Shown here: piece after piece, positions 15,201 to 29,200 of the stretch
How positions within the stretch are numbered: the stretch's first letter is position 1
Layout of the letters: every line of letters starts with the position of its first letter
Origin: the human T2T-CHM13v2.0 reference genome, Homo sapiens
DNA: 64,000 nt
Assembly (NCBI RefSeq): GCF_009914755.1
Contig: NC_060940.1
Direction: 5' to 3' (one strand)
Position numbers and translations under genes: made by a program
Notes under the pieces: generated by a model
Seen by the model: the letters and a program-made list of their open reading frames with translations, nothing else
Databases searched by the model: none
What the model was told of the DNA's origin: nothing

Positions 15201-18200
15201 ACTCCACGATTCCATTCAATACCATTCGATGATGATTCCTTTTGAGTCCATTCAATGATTTCATTCAAGTCCATTTGATGATTCCTTTCAATTCCATTCT
15301 ATGATGATTCCATTCGAGTCCATTCGATGATTCCATTCGATTGCATTCGATGATTCCATTATATTCCATTCAACGGTGATTCCATTCGAGTCCATTCCAT
15401 GATTCCATTAGAGTACATTTAATGATTGCCTTGTTTTCAATTCGAAGATGATTACATTGGATTCCATTCTATGATACCATTCGATTCCATTCAATGATGA
15501 TTCCACTCAAATCCATTGGATGATTCCATTCGTGTCCATTCGGTGATTTCATTAGATTCCATTCGAGGATGATTCCATTCGATTCCATTCGATGATTCCA
15601 TTCAATTCCATTCGATGATGATTCCATTCCAGTCCATATGATCATTCCATTTGATTTCATTCGATGATGATTCCATTCGATTCCATTCGACGATTCCATT
15701 CTATTCCATTCGATGATGATTCCATTCGAGTCCATTCGATCATTCCATTCGAGTCCATTTAATGATTCCATTGGGTTCAATTCAATGATGATTACATTGG
15801 ATTCCGTTCTATGATTCCATTCAATTCCATTCATTGACAATTTGATTCCATTCGATGATGATTCCATTTGAGTTCATTCGATGATTCTATTCGATTCTCT
15901 TCGATGGTGATTCAATTCTATTATATTGGATGATTCCATTCGATTCCATTTGATGTTGATTCAATTCGATTCTACTCGATGATGATTCCATTGGATTTCA
16001 CTTGATGATTCTATTCGATTCCATTCAATGATGATTCACTTCTCGTCCATTGGATGATTCCATTTCATTCCATTCGATGATGATTCCATTCGATTCCATT
16101 CGATGATTCCATTTGATTCCATGCGACGGTGAGCAATTCGATTCAATTCCATGATGATTCTATTTGATTCAATTAGATGATGTTTCCATTCGAATCCATT
16201 CCATGATTATTCCATTGGAATCCATTCGGCGATGATTCCATATGAGTCAATTCAATGATGATTCCATATGGGTCCGTTCGATGATAATTCCATTTGATTT
16301 CATTCGATGCTTCTATTCTATTCCAGTCGATGATGATTCCGTTGGAGTCCATACGATGATTCCATTTGATTTCATTTGATGATGATTCCATTCGATGATG
16401 ATTACATTGGATTCCATTCTATGATTCCATTCAATTCCATTCGTTGATGATTCGATTCCATTCAATGATGATTCCATTTGAGTTCATTCGATGATTCTAT
16501 TCGATTCCGTTCGATGGTGATTCAATTCTATTATATTGGATGATTCCACTCGATTCCATTTGATGATTATTCCATTGGAGTCCACTTAGTGAATCCTTTA
16601 GATTCTACTCGACGATGATTCCATTCGAGTCCATTCGATGATACCATTCAATTCCATTCGTTGATGCTTCCATTCAAGTGCATTCGATGATATCATTCGA
16701 TTCCATTTGATGATAATTCCATTTGATTCCATGCGATGATTCTATTCGATTCCATTCAATGATAATTCCATTCAATTCAGTGATTCCTCTGGACTCCATT
16801 TGATGATGATTCCATTCAATGATTCCATTCGATTCTATTCGAAAATGATTCCATTTGAATCCATTTGATGATGATTCCATTAGATTCCATTTGATGATTC
16901 CATTCGATTCCATTCGACGATGATTCCATTCGATTCCGTTTGATGATTCCATTCTATTCTATTCGATGATGATTCCATTCGATTCCATTCGATGATGATT
17001 GGATTCGATTCCATTTGATGATTTCATTTGATTCCATTCGTTAATGATTTCGATCAATTCCATTCGATGATTCCATTCGATTCCATTCGATAATGATTAC
17101 ATCCGAGTCCATTCGATGATTCCCTTTGAGCCTGTTCGATAATTCCATTTGAGTCCAACCAATGATTCCATTCATTTCCATTCAATGATTCCATTCGAGT
17201 CCATTTGATCATTCCGGTAGGGTCCATTCGATGTTGATTCCATTGGAGTGCATTCGATGATTCCATTCGAGTCCATTTTAGGATTTGATTCGAGTCCTTT
17301 CGACGATTCCATTCGATTCCACTCGATGATGATTTCATTCGAGTCCATTCGACACTTCCAATCGATTCCATTTGATGATTCCATTCGAGTCCAATTGATG
17401 ATTCCATTCAATTCCATTCGATGATGATTCCGTACGATTCCATTCTGTGATGATTCCATGTGATTGCATTCAATGATGATTCCTTTCGATTGCATTCGAT
17501 TATGATTCATTTCGTGTTCATTCTATGGTTCCACAGGTTTCCATTCGTGTCCATTCCATTATTCCATTCTATTCCATTTGATGATGATTCCATTCGATTC
17601 CATTCATTGGTGATTCCACTCAATTCCATTCAATGATTCCATTCCATTTCTTTCAACAATGATTCCATTAGTTTCTAATCGATGATCCACTTGATTCCAT
17701 TTGACGACGATTCCATTCTTGTCCATTCGATGATTCCATTTGATTCCATATGATGATGATTCCATTCGATTCCATACCATGATGATTCCATTCGAGTCCA
17801 TTCAATGGTGATTCCATTCAATTCCATTCGATGATTCCTTTTGATTCCATTCGATGATGATGGCATTCGATTCCTTTCAATCATTCCCTTTGATTCCATT
17901 CAAAGGTGATTTCATTCAAGTCCATTCGATAATTGCATTCGATTCCATTCTATGATGATTCCATTCGAGTCCATTTGATGATTCCATTCAATTCAAGTCA
18001 ATGATGATTCCATTCGATTCCATTCGATGATTCCATTGGATTCCATTCGATGATGATTCCATTCAAATCCATTCGATAATTCAATTCAAGTCCATTCGAT
18101 GATGATTCCAATCGAATCCATTCAAAGATTCCATTCAGTTCCATTCGATGATTCCCTTAGATTCCATTCGATGATTCCACTTGATTGCATTTACGATGAT

Positions 18201-18335
18201 TCCATTCGATTCCATGTGATGATTCCATTCAATTCTATTCAATGATGTCTCCATTTGATTCCATTCGACCATGATTGCCTTTGATTCCATTCAATTATTC
18301 CATTCGGTTCCGTTTGATGATGATTCCGTTCGATT
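12224..18335 (+). repeat. 6.1-kb HSat2 repeat unit, copy 3 (6,112 bp)
   Basis: Landmarks shift by 6112 (12490->18602, 13480->19592). Near-identical to copy 2. Confidence 0.95.
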
Positions 18336-21300
18336 CCATTTGATGATTCCATTTGATTCCATTGGATGAGTCCATTCGATTACATTCGATGATTATTCCA
18401 TTCGAGTGCATTAGATGATTCCATTCGAGTCCATTCGATGATTCCATTCGATTCCATTCGATGTTGATTCTGTTCAAATCCATTCGATGATTCCACTCGA
18501 TTCCATTCGTTGACTCCATTTGATCCCATTCGATGATTTCCTTTGATTCCCTTTGATGATCATTCCATTTGATTCAATTCGGTGATTTCATTTGATTCCA
18601 TTCAGTGATGTTTCCATTCGACTCCATTCGATGATGATTCCATTCGACTCCATTCGATTATGATTTCATTCAATTCCATTCGATAATGATTCCCTTCGAG
18701 TCCATTCGATGATTCCATTCGATTCCATTCAACGATGATTTGATTCGTGTCCATTCGATGATTCCATTTAATTCCACTTGATGATGATTCCATTCGAGTC
18801 CATTTGATGATTCCATTCAATTCCATACTCCGATGATTTCTTTTGAGCCCACTCAATGCTTCCACTCGATTCCATATGATGATGACTCCATTCGATGAAA
18901 TTCGATGATGATTCCATTCGGTTGCTTTCGATGATGATTCCACTTGAGTCCGTTAGAAGATTCTATTCAATTACATTCCAGGACGATTCCGTTCGAGTCC
19001 ATTTGATGATTCCATTAGACTCCATTCGACGATGATTCCATTCGATGTTATTCGATGATTCCATTCGATCTCATTCGATGATGATTCCATTCAACTCCAT
19101 TCGATGTTTCCATTCGAGTTCATTCTATTATTCCATTAGATTCCATTCGATGATGATTCCATTCTATTCCATTTGATGATTGCATTCTATTTCATTTGAT
19201 GATGATTCCATTCGAGTCCACTCGATGATTCCATTCGAGTCCATTTAATGAATCCATTGGTTTCAATTCTATGATGATTACATTGGATTCCATTCGTTGA
19301 TGATTTCATTCGGTTCCATTCAATGATGATTCCATTCAATTCCTTTCAATGTTTCCATTCAATTCCATACGATGATGATTCCATTTGATTTGATTCGACA
19401 GTGAGCCATTCGATTCAATTCCATGATGATTCTATTTGATTCAATTGGTTGACATTTCCATTCGATTCCATTCGATGATGATTCCCTTTGATTCCGTTCC
19501 AAGATGATTCCATTCTAGCCCATTCAATCATTCCATTCGATTCTATTCAATGATGATTCCATTCATGTCGATTTGGTGATTCCATTTGACTTCATTTGAT
19601 GATGATTCCTTTCAAGTTCATTAGATGATTCCATTCGATTCCATTTGATGATGATCCCATTCGAGTCCATTCAGTGATTCCATTCGTTTCCATTCCATGA
19701 TGATTCCATTCCTTTCCATTCAATGATTCCATTCGATTCCGTTTGATGATGATTTCATTCGAGTCCATTTGATGATTCCATTTGATTCCATTCGATGATG
19801 ATTCCATTCGAGTCCATTCGATGATTCTATTCGAATCCATTTGATGATTTCTTTTGATTATATTTGGTGATGATTCCATTGGAGTCCATTCAATGATTCC
19901 ATTCTATTCCAATCGATGATGATTCCATTAGAGTCCATTTAATGATTCCATTTGATTCCAGTCTCTGATGATTACATTCGAGTCCATACGATGATTCCAC
20001 TCAATTCCATATGATGATGATTCCATTTGATTCCATTCGGTGATTCCATTCTATTCTATTCAATGGTGATTCCATTCGAGTACATTAGATGATTCCATTC
20101 GATTCCATTCAATGATGATTCTATTTGTGTCCCTTAGATGATTCCACATGATTCCATTAGATGATGATACTATTTGAGCCCATCCAATGATTCCCTTCGA
20201 TTCCATTCGATGAGGATTCCATTCGATTCAATTCATTGGTGATTCTATTCAATTCAATTCTTTGATTCCATTCCATTCCATTCGACAATGATTCCATTCG
20301 ATTTCTTTCGATGATTCCACTCGATTCCACTTGACATTGATTCCATTCGATTCCATTCAATGATTCCATTTGATTCCAGTGGATGATGATTGCCATCGAT
20401 TCCATTCGATCACTCCATTCTATTCCATTTGATGATGATTACATTCGATTCCATTTGATGATTCCATCTGATTCTATTCGAGGATTCCATTTGATTCCAT
20501 TCGATGATGATTCCATTCGAGTCCATTCGATGATTTCATTCGAGTACATCCAATGATTCCATTCGAGTCCATTAGATGATTCCATTTGATTCCATTTGAA
20601 AATGATTCTACTAGAGTCCATTCAATGACTCCATTCGAGTCCATTCAACAATTCCATTCGACTCCATTCGATGATTCCATTCGATTCCATTTGATGGTTC
20701 CATTCGAGTCCATTTAATCATTACAGTCGAGTCCATTTGGTGATTCCACTGGATTTCTTTTGATAATGATACCATTCAATTACATTTGATGATGATCCCA
20801 TTCAATTTCATTTGATGATGATTCCATTAGAGTCCATTCGATGATTTCATTCGAGTCCCTTCATTGATTCCATCCGATTTCATTGGATGATGACTCCATT
20901 CGAGTCCATTCGATGATTCCACTCGATTCCATTAGATGATTCCATTGGAGTCCATTTGATTGTTCCATTCGATTCCATTCGATTCCTTTCGAAGATTATT
21001 CCATTTGAGTCCATTCGATGATGATTCCATTCCATTCCATTCGATGATTCCGTTTGATTCCATTCGATGATTCCCTTCGATTCCTTTCTTTGATGATTCC
21101 ATTCCATTCCATTCAATGATTCCATTCGAATCTATTCCATGATGATTCCTTTCGATTCCATTCGCTGATGTTTCCGTTCAATTCCATTCGATGATGATTC
21201 CATTCGATTCCATTCATTGAGGATTCCATTTGATTCCATTCAATGATGATTCCATTCTATTCCATTCAATGATTGCATTCAATTCCATTCAATGATTATC

Positions 21301-24300
21301 CCATTAGAGTAAACTCCACGATTCCATTCAATACCATTCGATGATGATTCCTTTTGAGTCCATTCAATGATTTCATTCAAGTCCATTTGATGATTCCTTT
21401 CAATTCCATTCTATGATGATTCCATTCGAGTCCATTCGATGATTCCATTCGATTGCATTCGATGATTCCATTATATTCCATTCAACGGTGATTCCATTCG
21501 AGTCCATTCCATGATTCCATTAGAGTACATTTAATGATTGCCTTGTTTTCAATTCGAAGATGATTACATTGGATTCCATTCTATGATACCATTCGATTCC
21601 ATTCAATGATGATTCCACTCAAATCCATTGGATGATTCCATTCGTGTCCATTCGGTGATTTCATTAGATTCCATTCGAGGATGATTCCATTCGATTCCAT
21701 TCGATGATTCCATTCAATTCCATTCGATGATGATTCCATTCCAGTCCATATGATCATTCCATTTGATTTCATTCGATGATGATTCCATTCGATTCCATTC
21801 GACGATTCCATTCTATTCCATTCGATGATGATTCCATTCGAGTCCATTCGATCATTCCATTCGAGTCCATTTAATGATTCCATTGGGTTCAATTCAATGA
21901 TGATTACATTGGATTCCGTTCTATGATTCCATTCAATTCCATTCATTGACAATTTGATTCCATTCGATGATGATTCCATTTGAGTTCATTCGATGATTCT
22001 ATTCGATTCTCTTCGATGGTGATTCAATTCTATTATATTGGATGATTCCATTCGATTCCATTTGATGTTGATTCAATTCGATTCTATTCGATGATGATTC
22101 CATTGGATTTCACTTGATGATTCTATTCGATTCCATTCAATGATGATTCACTTCTCGTCCATTGGATGATTCCATTTCATTCCATTCGATGATGATTCCA
22201 TTCGATTCCATTCGATGATTCCATTTGATTCCATGCGACGGTGAGCAATTCGATTCAATTCCATGATGATTCTATTTGATTCAATTAGATGATGTTTCCA
22301 TTCGAATCCATTCCATGATTATTCCATTGGAATCCATTCGGCGATGATTCCATATGAGTCAATTCAATGATGATTCCATATGGGTCCGTTCGATGATAAT
22401 TCCATTTGATTTCATTCGATGCTTCTATTCTATTCCAGTCGATGATGATTCCGTTGGAGTCCATATGATGATTCCATTTGATTTCATTTGATGATGATTC
22501 CATTCGATGATGATTACATTGGATTCCATTCTATGATTCCATTCAATTCCATTCGTTGATGATTCGATTCCATTCAATGATGATTCCATTTGAGTTCATT
22601 CGATGATTCTATTCGATTCCGTTCGATGGTGATTCAATTCTATTATATTGGATGATTCCACTCGATTCCATTTGATGATTATTCCATTGGAGTCCACTTA
22701 GTGAATCCTTTAGATTCTACTCGACGATGATTCCATTCGAGTCCATTCGATGATACCATTCAATTCCATTCGTTGATGCTTCCATTCAAGTGCATTCGAT
22801 GATATCATTCGATTCCATTTGATGATAATTCCATTTGATTCCATGCGATGATTCTCTTCGATTCCATTCAATGATAATTCCATTCAATTCAGTGATTCCT
22901 CTGGACTCCATTTGATGATGATTCCATTCAATGATTCCATTCGATTCTATTCGAAAATGATTCCATTTGAATCCATTTGATGATGATTCCATTAGATTCC
23001 ATTTGATGATTCCATTCGATTCCATTCGACGATGATTCCATTCGATTCCGTTTGATGATTCCATTCTATTCTATTCGATGATGATTCCATTCGATTCCAT
23101 TCGATGATGATTGGATTCGATTCCATTGGATGATTTCATTTGATTCCATTCGTTAATGATTTCGATCAATTCCATTCGATGATTCCATTCGATTCCATTC
23201 GATAATGATTACATCCGAGTCCATTCGATGATTCCCTTTGAGCCTGTTCGATAATTCCATTTGAGTCCAACCAATGATTCCATTCATTTCCATTCAATGA
23301 TTCCATTCGAGTCCATTTGATCATTCCGGTAGGGTCCATTCGATGTTGATTCCATTGGAGTGCATTCGATGATTCCATTCGAGTCCATTTTAGGATTTGA
23401 TTCGAGTCCTTTCGACGATTCCATTCGATTCCACTCGATGATGATTTCATTCGAGTCCATTCGACACTTCCAATCGATTCCATTTGATGATTCCATTCGA
23501 GTCCAATTGATGATTCCATTCAATTCCATTCGATGATGATTCCGTACGATTCCATTCTGTGATGATTCCATGTGATTGCATTCAATGATGATTCCTTTCG
23601 ATTGCATTCGATTATGATTCATTTCGTGTTCATTCTATGGTAACACAGGTTTCCATTCGTGTCCATTCCATTATTCCATTCTATTCCATTTGATGATGAT
23701 TCCATTCGATTCCATTCATTGGTGATTCCACTCAATTCCATTCAATGATTCCATTCCATTTCTTTCAACAATGATTCCATTAGTTTCTAATCGATGATCC
23801 ACTTGATTCCATTTGACGATGATTCCATTCTTGTCCGTACGATGATTCCATTTGATTCCATATGATGATGATTCCATTCGATTCCATACCATGATGATTC
23901 CATTCGAGTCCATTCAATGGTGATTCCATTCAATTCCATTCGATGATTCCTTTTGATTCCATTCGATGATGATGGCATTCGATTCCTTTCAATCATTCCC
24001 TTTGATTCCATTCAAAGGTGATTTCATTCAAGTCCATTCGATAATTGCATTCGATTCCATTCTATGATGATTCCATTCGAGTCCATTTGATGATTCCATT
24101 CAATTCAAGTCAATGATGATTCCATTCGATTCCATTCGATGATTCCATTGGATTCCATTCGATGATGATTCCATTCAAATCCATTCGATAATTCAATTCA
24201 AGTCCATTCGATGATGATTCCAATCGAATCCATTCAAAGATTCCATTCAGTTCCATTCGATGATTGCCTTAGATTCCATTTGATGATTCCACTTGATTGC

Positions 24301-24447
24301 ATTTACGATGATTCCATTCGATTCCATGTGCTGATTCCATTCAATTCTATTCAATGATGTCTCCATTTGATTCCATTCGACCATGATTGCCTTTGATTCC
24401 ATTCAATGATTCCATTCGGTTCCGTTTGATGATGATTCCGTTCGATT
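18336..24447 (+). repeat. 6.1-kb HSat2 repeat unit, copy 4 (6,112 bp)
   Basis: Landmarks shift by 6112 (18943->25055). It carries more private substitutions in its 3' part. Confidence 0.95.
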
Positions 24448-26130
24448 CCATTTGATGATTCCATTTGATTCCATTGGATGAGTCCATTCGATTACATTCG
24501 ATGATTATTCCATTCGAGTGCATTAGATGATTCCATTCGAGTCCATTCGATGATTCCATTCGATTCCATTCGATGTTGATTCTGTTCAAATCCATTCGAT
24601 GATTCCACTCGATTCCATTCGTTGACTCCATTTGATCCCATTCGATGATTTCCTTTGATTCCCTTTGATGATCATTCCATTTGATTCAATTCGGTGATTT
24701 CATTTGATTCCATTCAGTGATGTTTCCATTCGACTCCATTCGATTATGATTCCATTCGACTCCATTCGATTATGATTTCATTCAATTCCATTCGATAATG
24801 ATTCCCTTCGAGTCCATTCGATGATTCCATTCGATTCCATTCAACGATGATTTGATTCGTGTCCATTCGATGATTCCATTTGATTCCACTTGATGATGAT
24901 TCCATTCGAGTCCATTTGATGATTCCATTCAATTCCATACTCCGATGATTTCTTTTGAGCCCACTCAATGCTTCCACTCGATTCCATATGATGATGACTC
25001 CATTCGATGAAATTCGATGATGATTCCATTCGCTTGCTTTCGATGATGATTCCACTTGAGTCCGTTAGAAGATTCTATTCAATTACATTCCAGGACGATT
25101 CCGTTCGAGTCCATTTGATGATTCCATTAGACTCCATTCGACGATGATTCCATTCGATGTTATTCGATGATTCCATTCGATCTCATTCGATGATGATTCC
25201 ATTCAACTCCATTCGATGTTTCCATTCGAGTTCATTCTATTATTCCATTAGATTCCATTCGATGATGATTCCATTCGATTCCATTTGATGATTGCATTCT
25301 ATTTCATTTGATGATGATTCCATTCGAGTCCACTCGATGATTCCATTCGAGTCCATTTAATGAATCCATTGGTTTCAATTCTATGATGATTACATTGGAT
25401 TCCATTCGTGATGATTTCATTCGGTTCCATTCAATGATGATTCCATTCAATTCCTTTCAATGTTTCCATTCAATTCCATACGATGATGATTCCATTTGAT
25501 TTGATTCGACAGTGAGCCATTCGATTCAATTCCATGATGATTCTATTTGATTCAATTGGTTGACATTTCCATTCGGTTCCATTCGATGATGATTCCCTTT
25601 GATTCCGTTCCAAGATGATTCCATTCTAGCCCATTCAATCATTCCATTCGATTCTATTCAATGATGATTCCATTCATGTCGATTTGGTGATTCCATTTGA
25701 CTTCATTTGATGATGATTCCTTTCAAGTTCATTAGATGATTCCATTCGATTCCATTTGATGATGATCCCATTCGAGTCCATTCAGTGATTCCATTCGTTT
25801 CCATTCCATGATGATTCCATTCCTTTCCATTCAATGATTCCATTCGATTCCGTTTGATGATGATTTCATTCGAGTCCATTTGATGATTCCATTTGATTCC
25901 ATTCGATGATGATTCCATTCGAGTCCATTCGATGATTCTATTCGAATCCATTTGATGATTTCTTTTGATTATAGTTGGTGATGATTCCATTGGAGTCCAT
26001 TCAATGATTCCATTCTATTCCAATCGATGATGATTCCATTAGAGTCCATTTAATGATTCCATTTGATTCCAGTCTCTGATGATTACATTCGAGTCCATAC
26101 GATGATTCCACTCAATTCCATATGATGATG
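24448..26130 (+). repeat. Partial fifth 6.1-kb unit ending at a rearrangement junction
   Basis: Colinear with unit positions 1-~1685, with a 1-bp deletion at ~25409, until ...ctcaattccatatgatgatg; the register then jumps. Confidence 0.85.
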
Positions 26131-26280
26131 ATTTCATTCGAGTCCATTTGATGATTCCATTTGATTCCATTCGATGATGATTACATTCGAGTCCATACGA
26201 TGATTCCACTCAATTCCTTATGATGATGATTCCATTCGAGTACATTAGATGATTCCATTCGATTCCATTCAATGATGATT

Positions 26281-29200
26281 CTATTTGTGTCCCTTAGATG
26301 GTTCCACATGATTCCATTTCATGATGATACTATTTGAGCCCATCCAATGATTCCCTTCGATTCCATTCGATGAGGATTCCATTCGATTCAATTCATTGGT
26401 GATTCTATTCAATTCAATTCTTTGATTCCATTCCATTCCATTCGACAATGATTCCATTCGATTTCTTTCGATGATTCCACTCGATTCCACTTGACATTGA
26501 TTCCATTCGATTCCATTCAATGATTCCGTTTCATTCCAGTGGATGATGATTGCCATCGATTCCATTCGATCACTCCATTCTATTCCATTTGATGATGATT
26601 ACATTCGATTCCATTTGATGATTCCATCTGATTCTATTCGAGGATTCCATTTGATTCCATTCGATGATGATTCCATTCGAGTGCATTCGATGATTTCATT
26701 CGAGTACATCCAATGGTTCCATTCGAGTCCATTTGATGATTCCATTTGATTCCATTTGATTATGATTCTACTAGAGTCCATTCAATGACTCCATTCGAAT
26801 CCATTCTACAATTCCTTTCGAGGCCATTCGATGATTCCATTTCATGATTCCATTCGAGTCCATTTAATCATTACAGTCGAGTCCATTTGGTGATTCCACT
26901 GGATTTCTTTTGATAATGATACCATTCAATTACATTTGATGATGATCCCATTCAATTTCATTTGATGGTGATTCCACTAGAGTCCATTCGATGATTTCAT
27001 TCGAGTCCCTTCATTGATTCCATCCGATTTCATTGGATGATGACTCCATTCGAGTCCATTCGATGATTCCACTCGATTCCATTAGATGATTCCATTGGAG
27101 TCCATTTGATTGTTCCATTCGATTCTATTCGATTCCTTTCGAAGATTATTCCATTTGAGTCCATTCGATGATGATTCCATTCCATTCCATTCGATGATTC
27201 CGTTTGATTCCATTCGATGATTCCCTTCGATTCCTTTCTTTGATGATTCCATTCCATTCCATTCAATGATTCCATTCGAATCTATTCCATGATGATTCCT
27301 TTCGATTCCATTCGCTGATGTTTCCGTTCAATTCCATTCGATGATGATTCCATTCGATTCCATTCATTGAGGATTCCATTGGATTCCATTCAATGATGAT
27401 TCCATTCTATTCCATTCAATGATTGCATTCAATTCCATTCAATGATTATCCCATTAGAGTAAACTCAACGATTCCATTCAATACCATTCGATGATGATTC
27501 CTTTTGAGTCCATTCAATGATTTCATTCAAGTCCATTTGATGATTCCTTTCAATTCCATTCTATGATGATTCCATTCGAGTCCATTCGATGATTCCATTC
27601 AATTGCATTCGATTATTCCATTATATTCCAGTCAACGATGATTCCATTCGAGTCCATTCGATGATTCCATTAGAGTACATTTAATGATTGCTTTGTTTTC
27701 AATTCGAAGATGATTACATTGGATTCCATTCTATGATACCATTCGATTCCATTCAATGATGATTCCACTCAAATCCATTGGATGATTCCATTCGTGTCCA
27801 TTCGGTGATTTCATTAGATTCCATTCGAGGATGATTCCATTCGATTCCATTCGATGATTCCATTCAATTCCATTCGATGATGATTCCATTCCAGTCCATA
27901 TGATCATTCCATTTGATTTCATTCGATGATGATTCCATTCGATTCCATTCGATGATTCCATTCTATTCCATTCGATGATGATTCCATTCGAGTCCATTCG
28001 ATGATTCCATTCGAGTCCATTTAATGATTCCATTGGGTTCAATTCAATGATGATTACATTGGATTCCGTTCTATGATTCCATTCAATTCCGTTCATTGAC
28101 AATTTGATTCCATTCGATGATGATTCCATTTGAGTTCATTCGATGATTCTATTCGATTCTCTTCGATGGTGATTCAATTCTATTATATTGGATGATTCCA
28201 TTCGATTCCATTTGATGTTGATTCAATTCGATTCTATTCGATGATGATTCCATTGGATTTCACTTGATGATTCTATTCGATTCCATTCAATGATGATTCA
28301 CTTCTCGTCCATTGGATGATTCCATTTCATTCCATTCGATGATGATTCCATTCGATTCCATTCGATGATTCCATTTGATTCCATGCGTCGGTGAGCAATT
28401 CGATTCAATTCCATGATGATTCTATTTGATTCAATTAGATGATGTTTCCATTCGAATCCATTCCATGATTATTCCATTGGAATCCATTCGGCGATGATTC
28501 CATATGAGTCAATTCAATGATGATTCCATATGTGTCCGTTCGATGATAATTCCATTTGATTTCATTCGGTGCTTCTATTCAATTCCAGTCGATGATGATT
28601 CCGTTGGAGTCCATACGATGATTCCATTTGATTTCATTTGATGATGATTCCATTCGATGATGATTACATTGGATTCCATTCTATGATTCCATTCAATTCC
28701 ATTCGTTGATGATTCGATTCCATTCAATGATGATTCCATTTGAGTTCATTCGATGATTCTATTCGATTCCGTTCGATGGTGATTCAATTCTCTTATATTG
28801 GATGAATCCACTCGATTCCATTTGATGATTATTCCATTGGAGTCCACTTAGTGAATCCTTCAGATTCTACTCGAAGATGATTCCATTCAAGTCCATTCGA
28901 TGATACCATTCAATTCCATTCGTTGATGCTTCCATTCAAGTGCATTCGATGATATCATTCGATTCCATTTGATGATAATTCCATTTGATTCCATGCGATG
29001 ATTCTATTCGATTCCATTCAATGATAATTCCATTCAGTTCAGTGATTCCTCTGGACTCCATTTGATGATGATTCCATTCAATGATTCCATTCGATTCTAT
29101 TCGAAAATGATTCCATTTGAATCCATTTGATGATGATTCCATTAGATTCCATTTGATGATTCCATTCGATTCCATGCGACGATGATTCCATTCGATTCCA

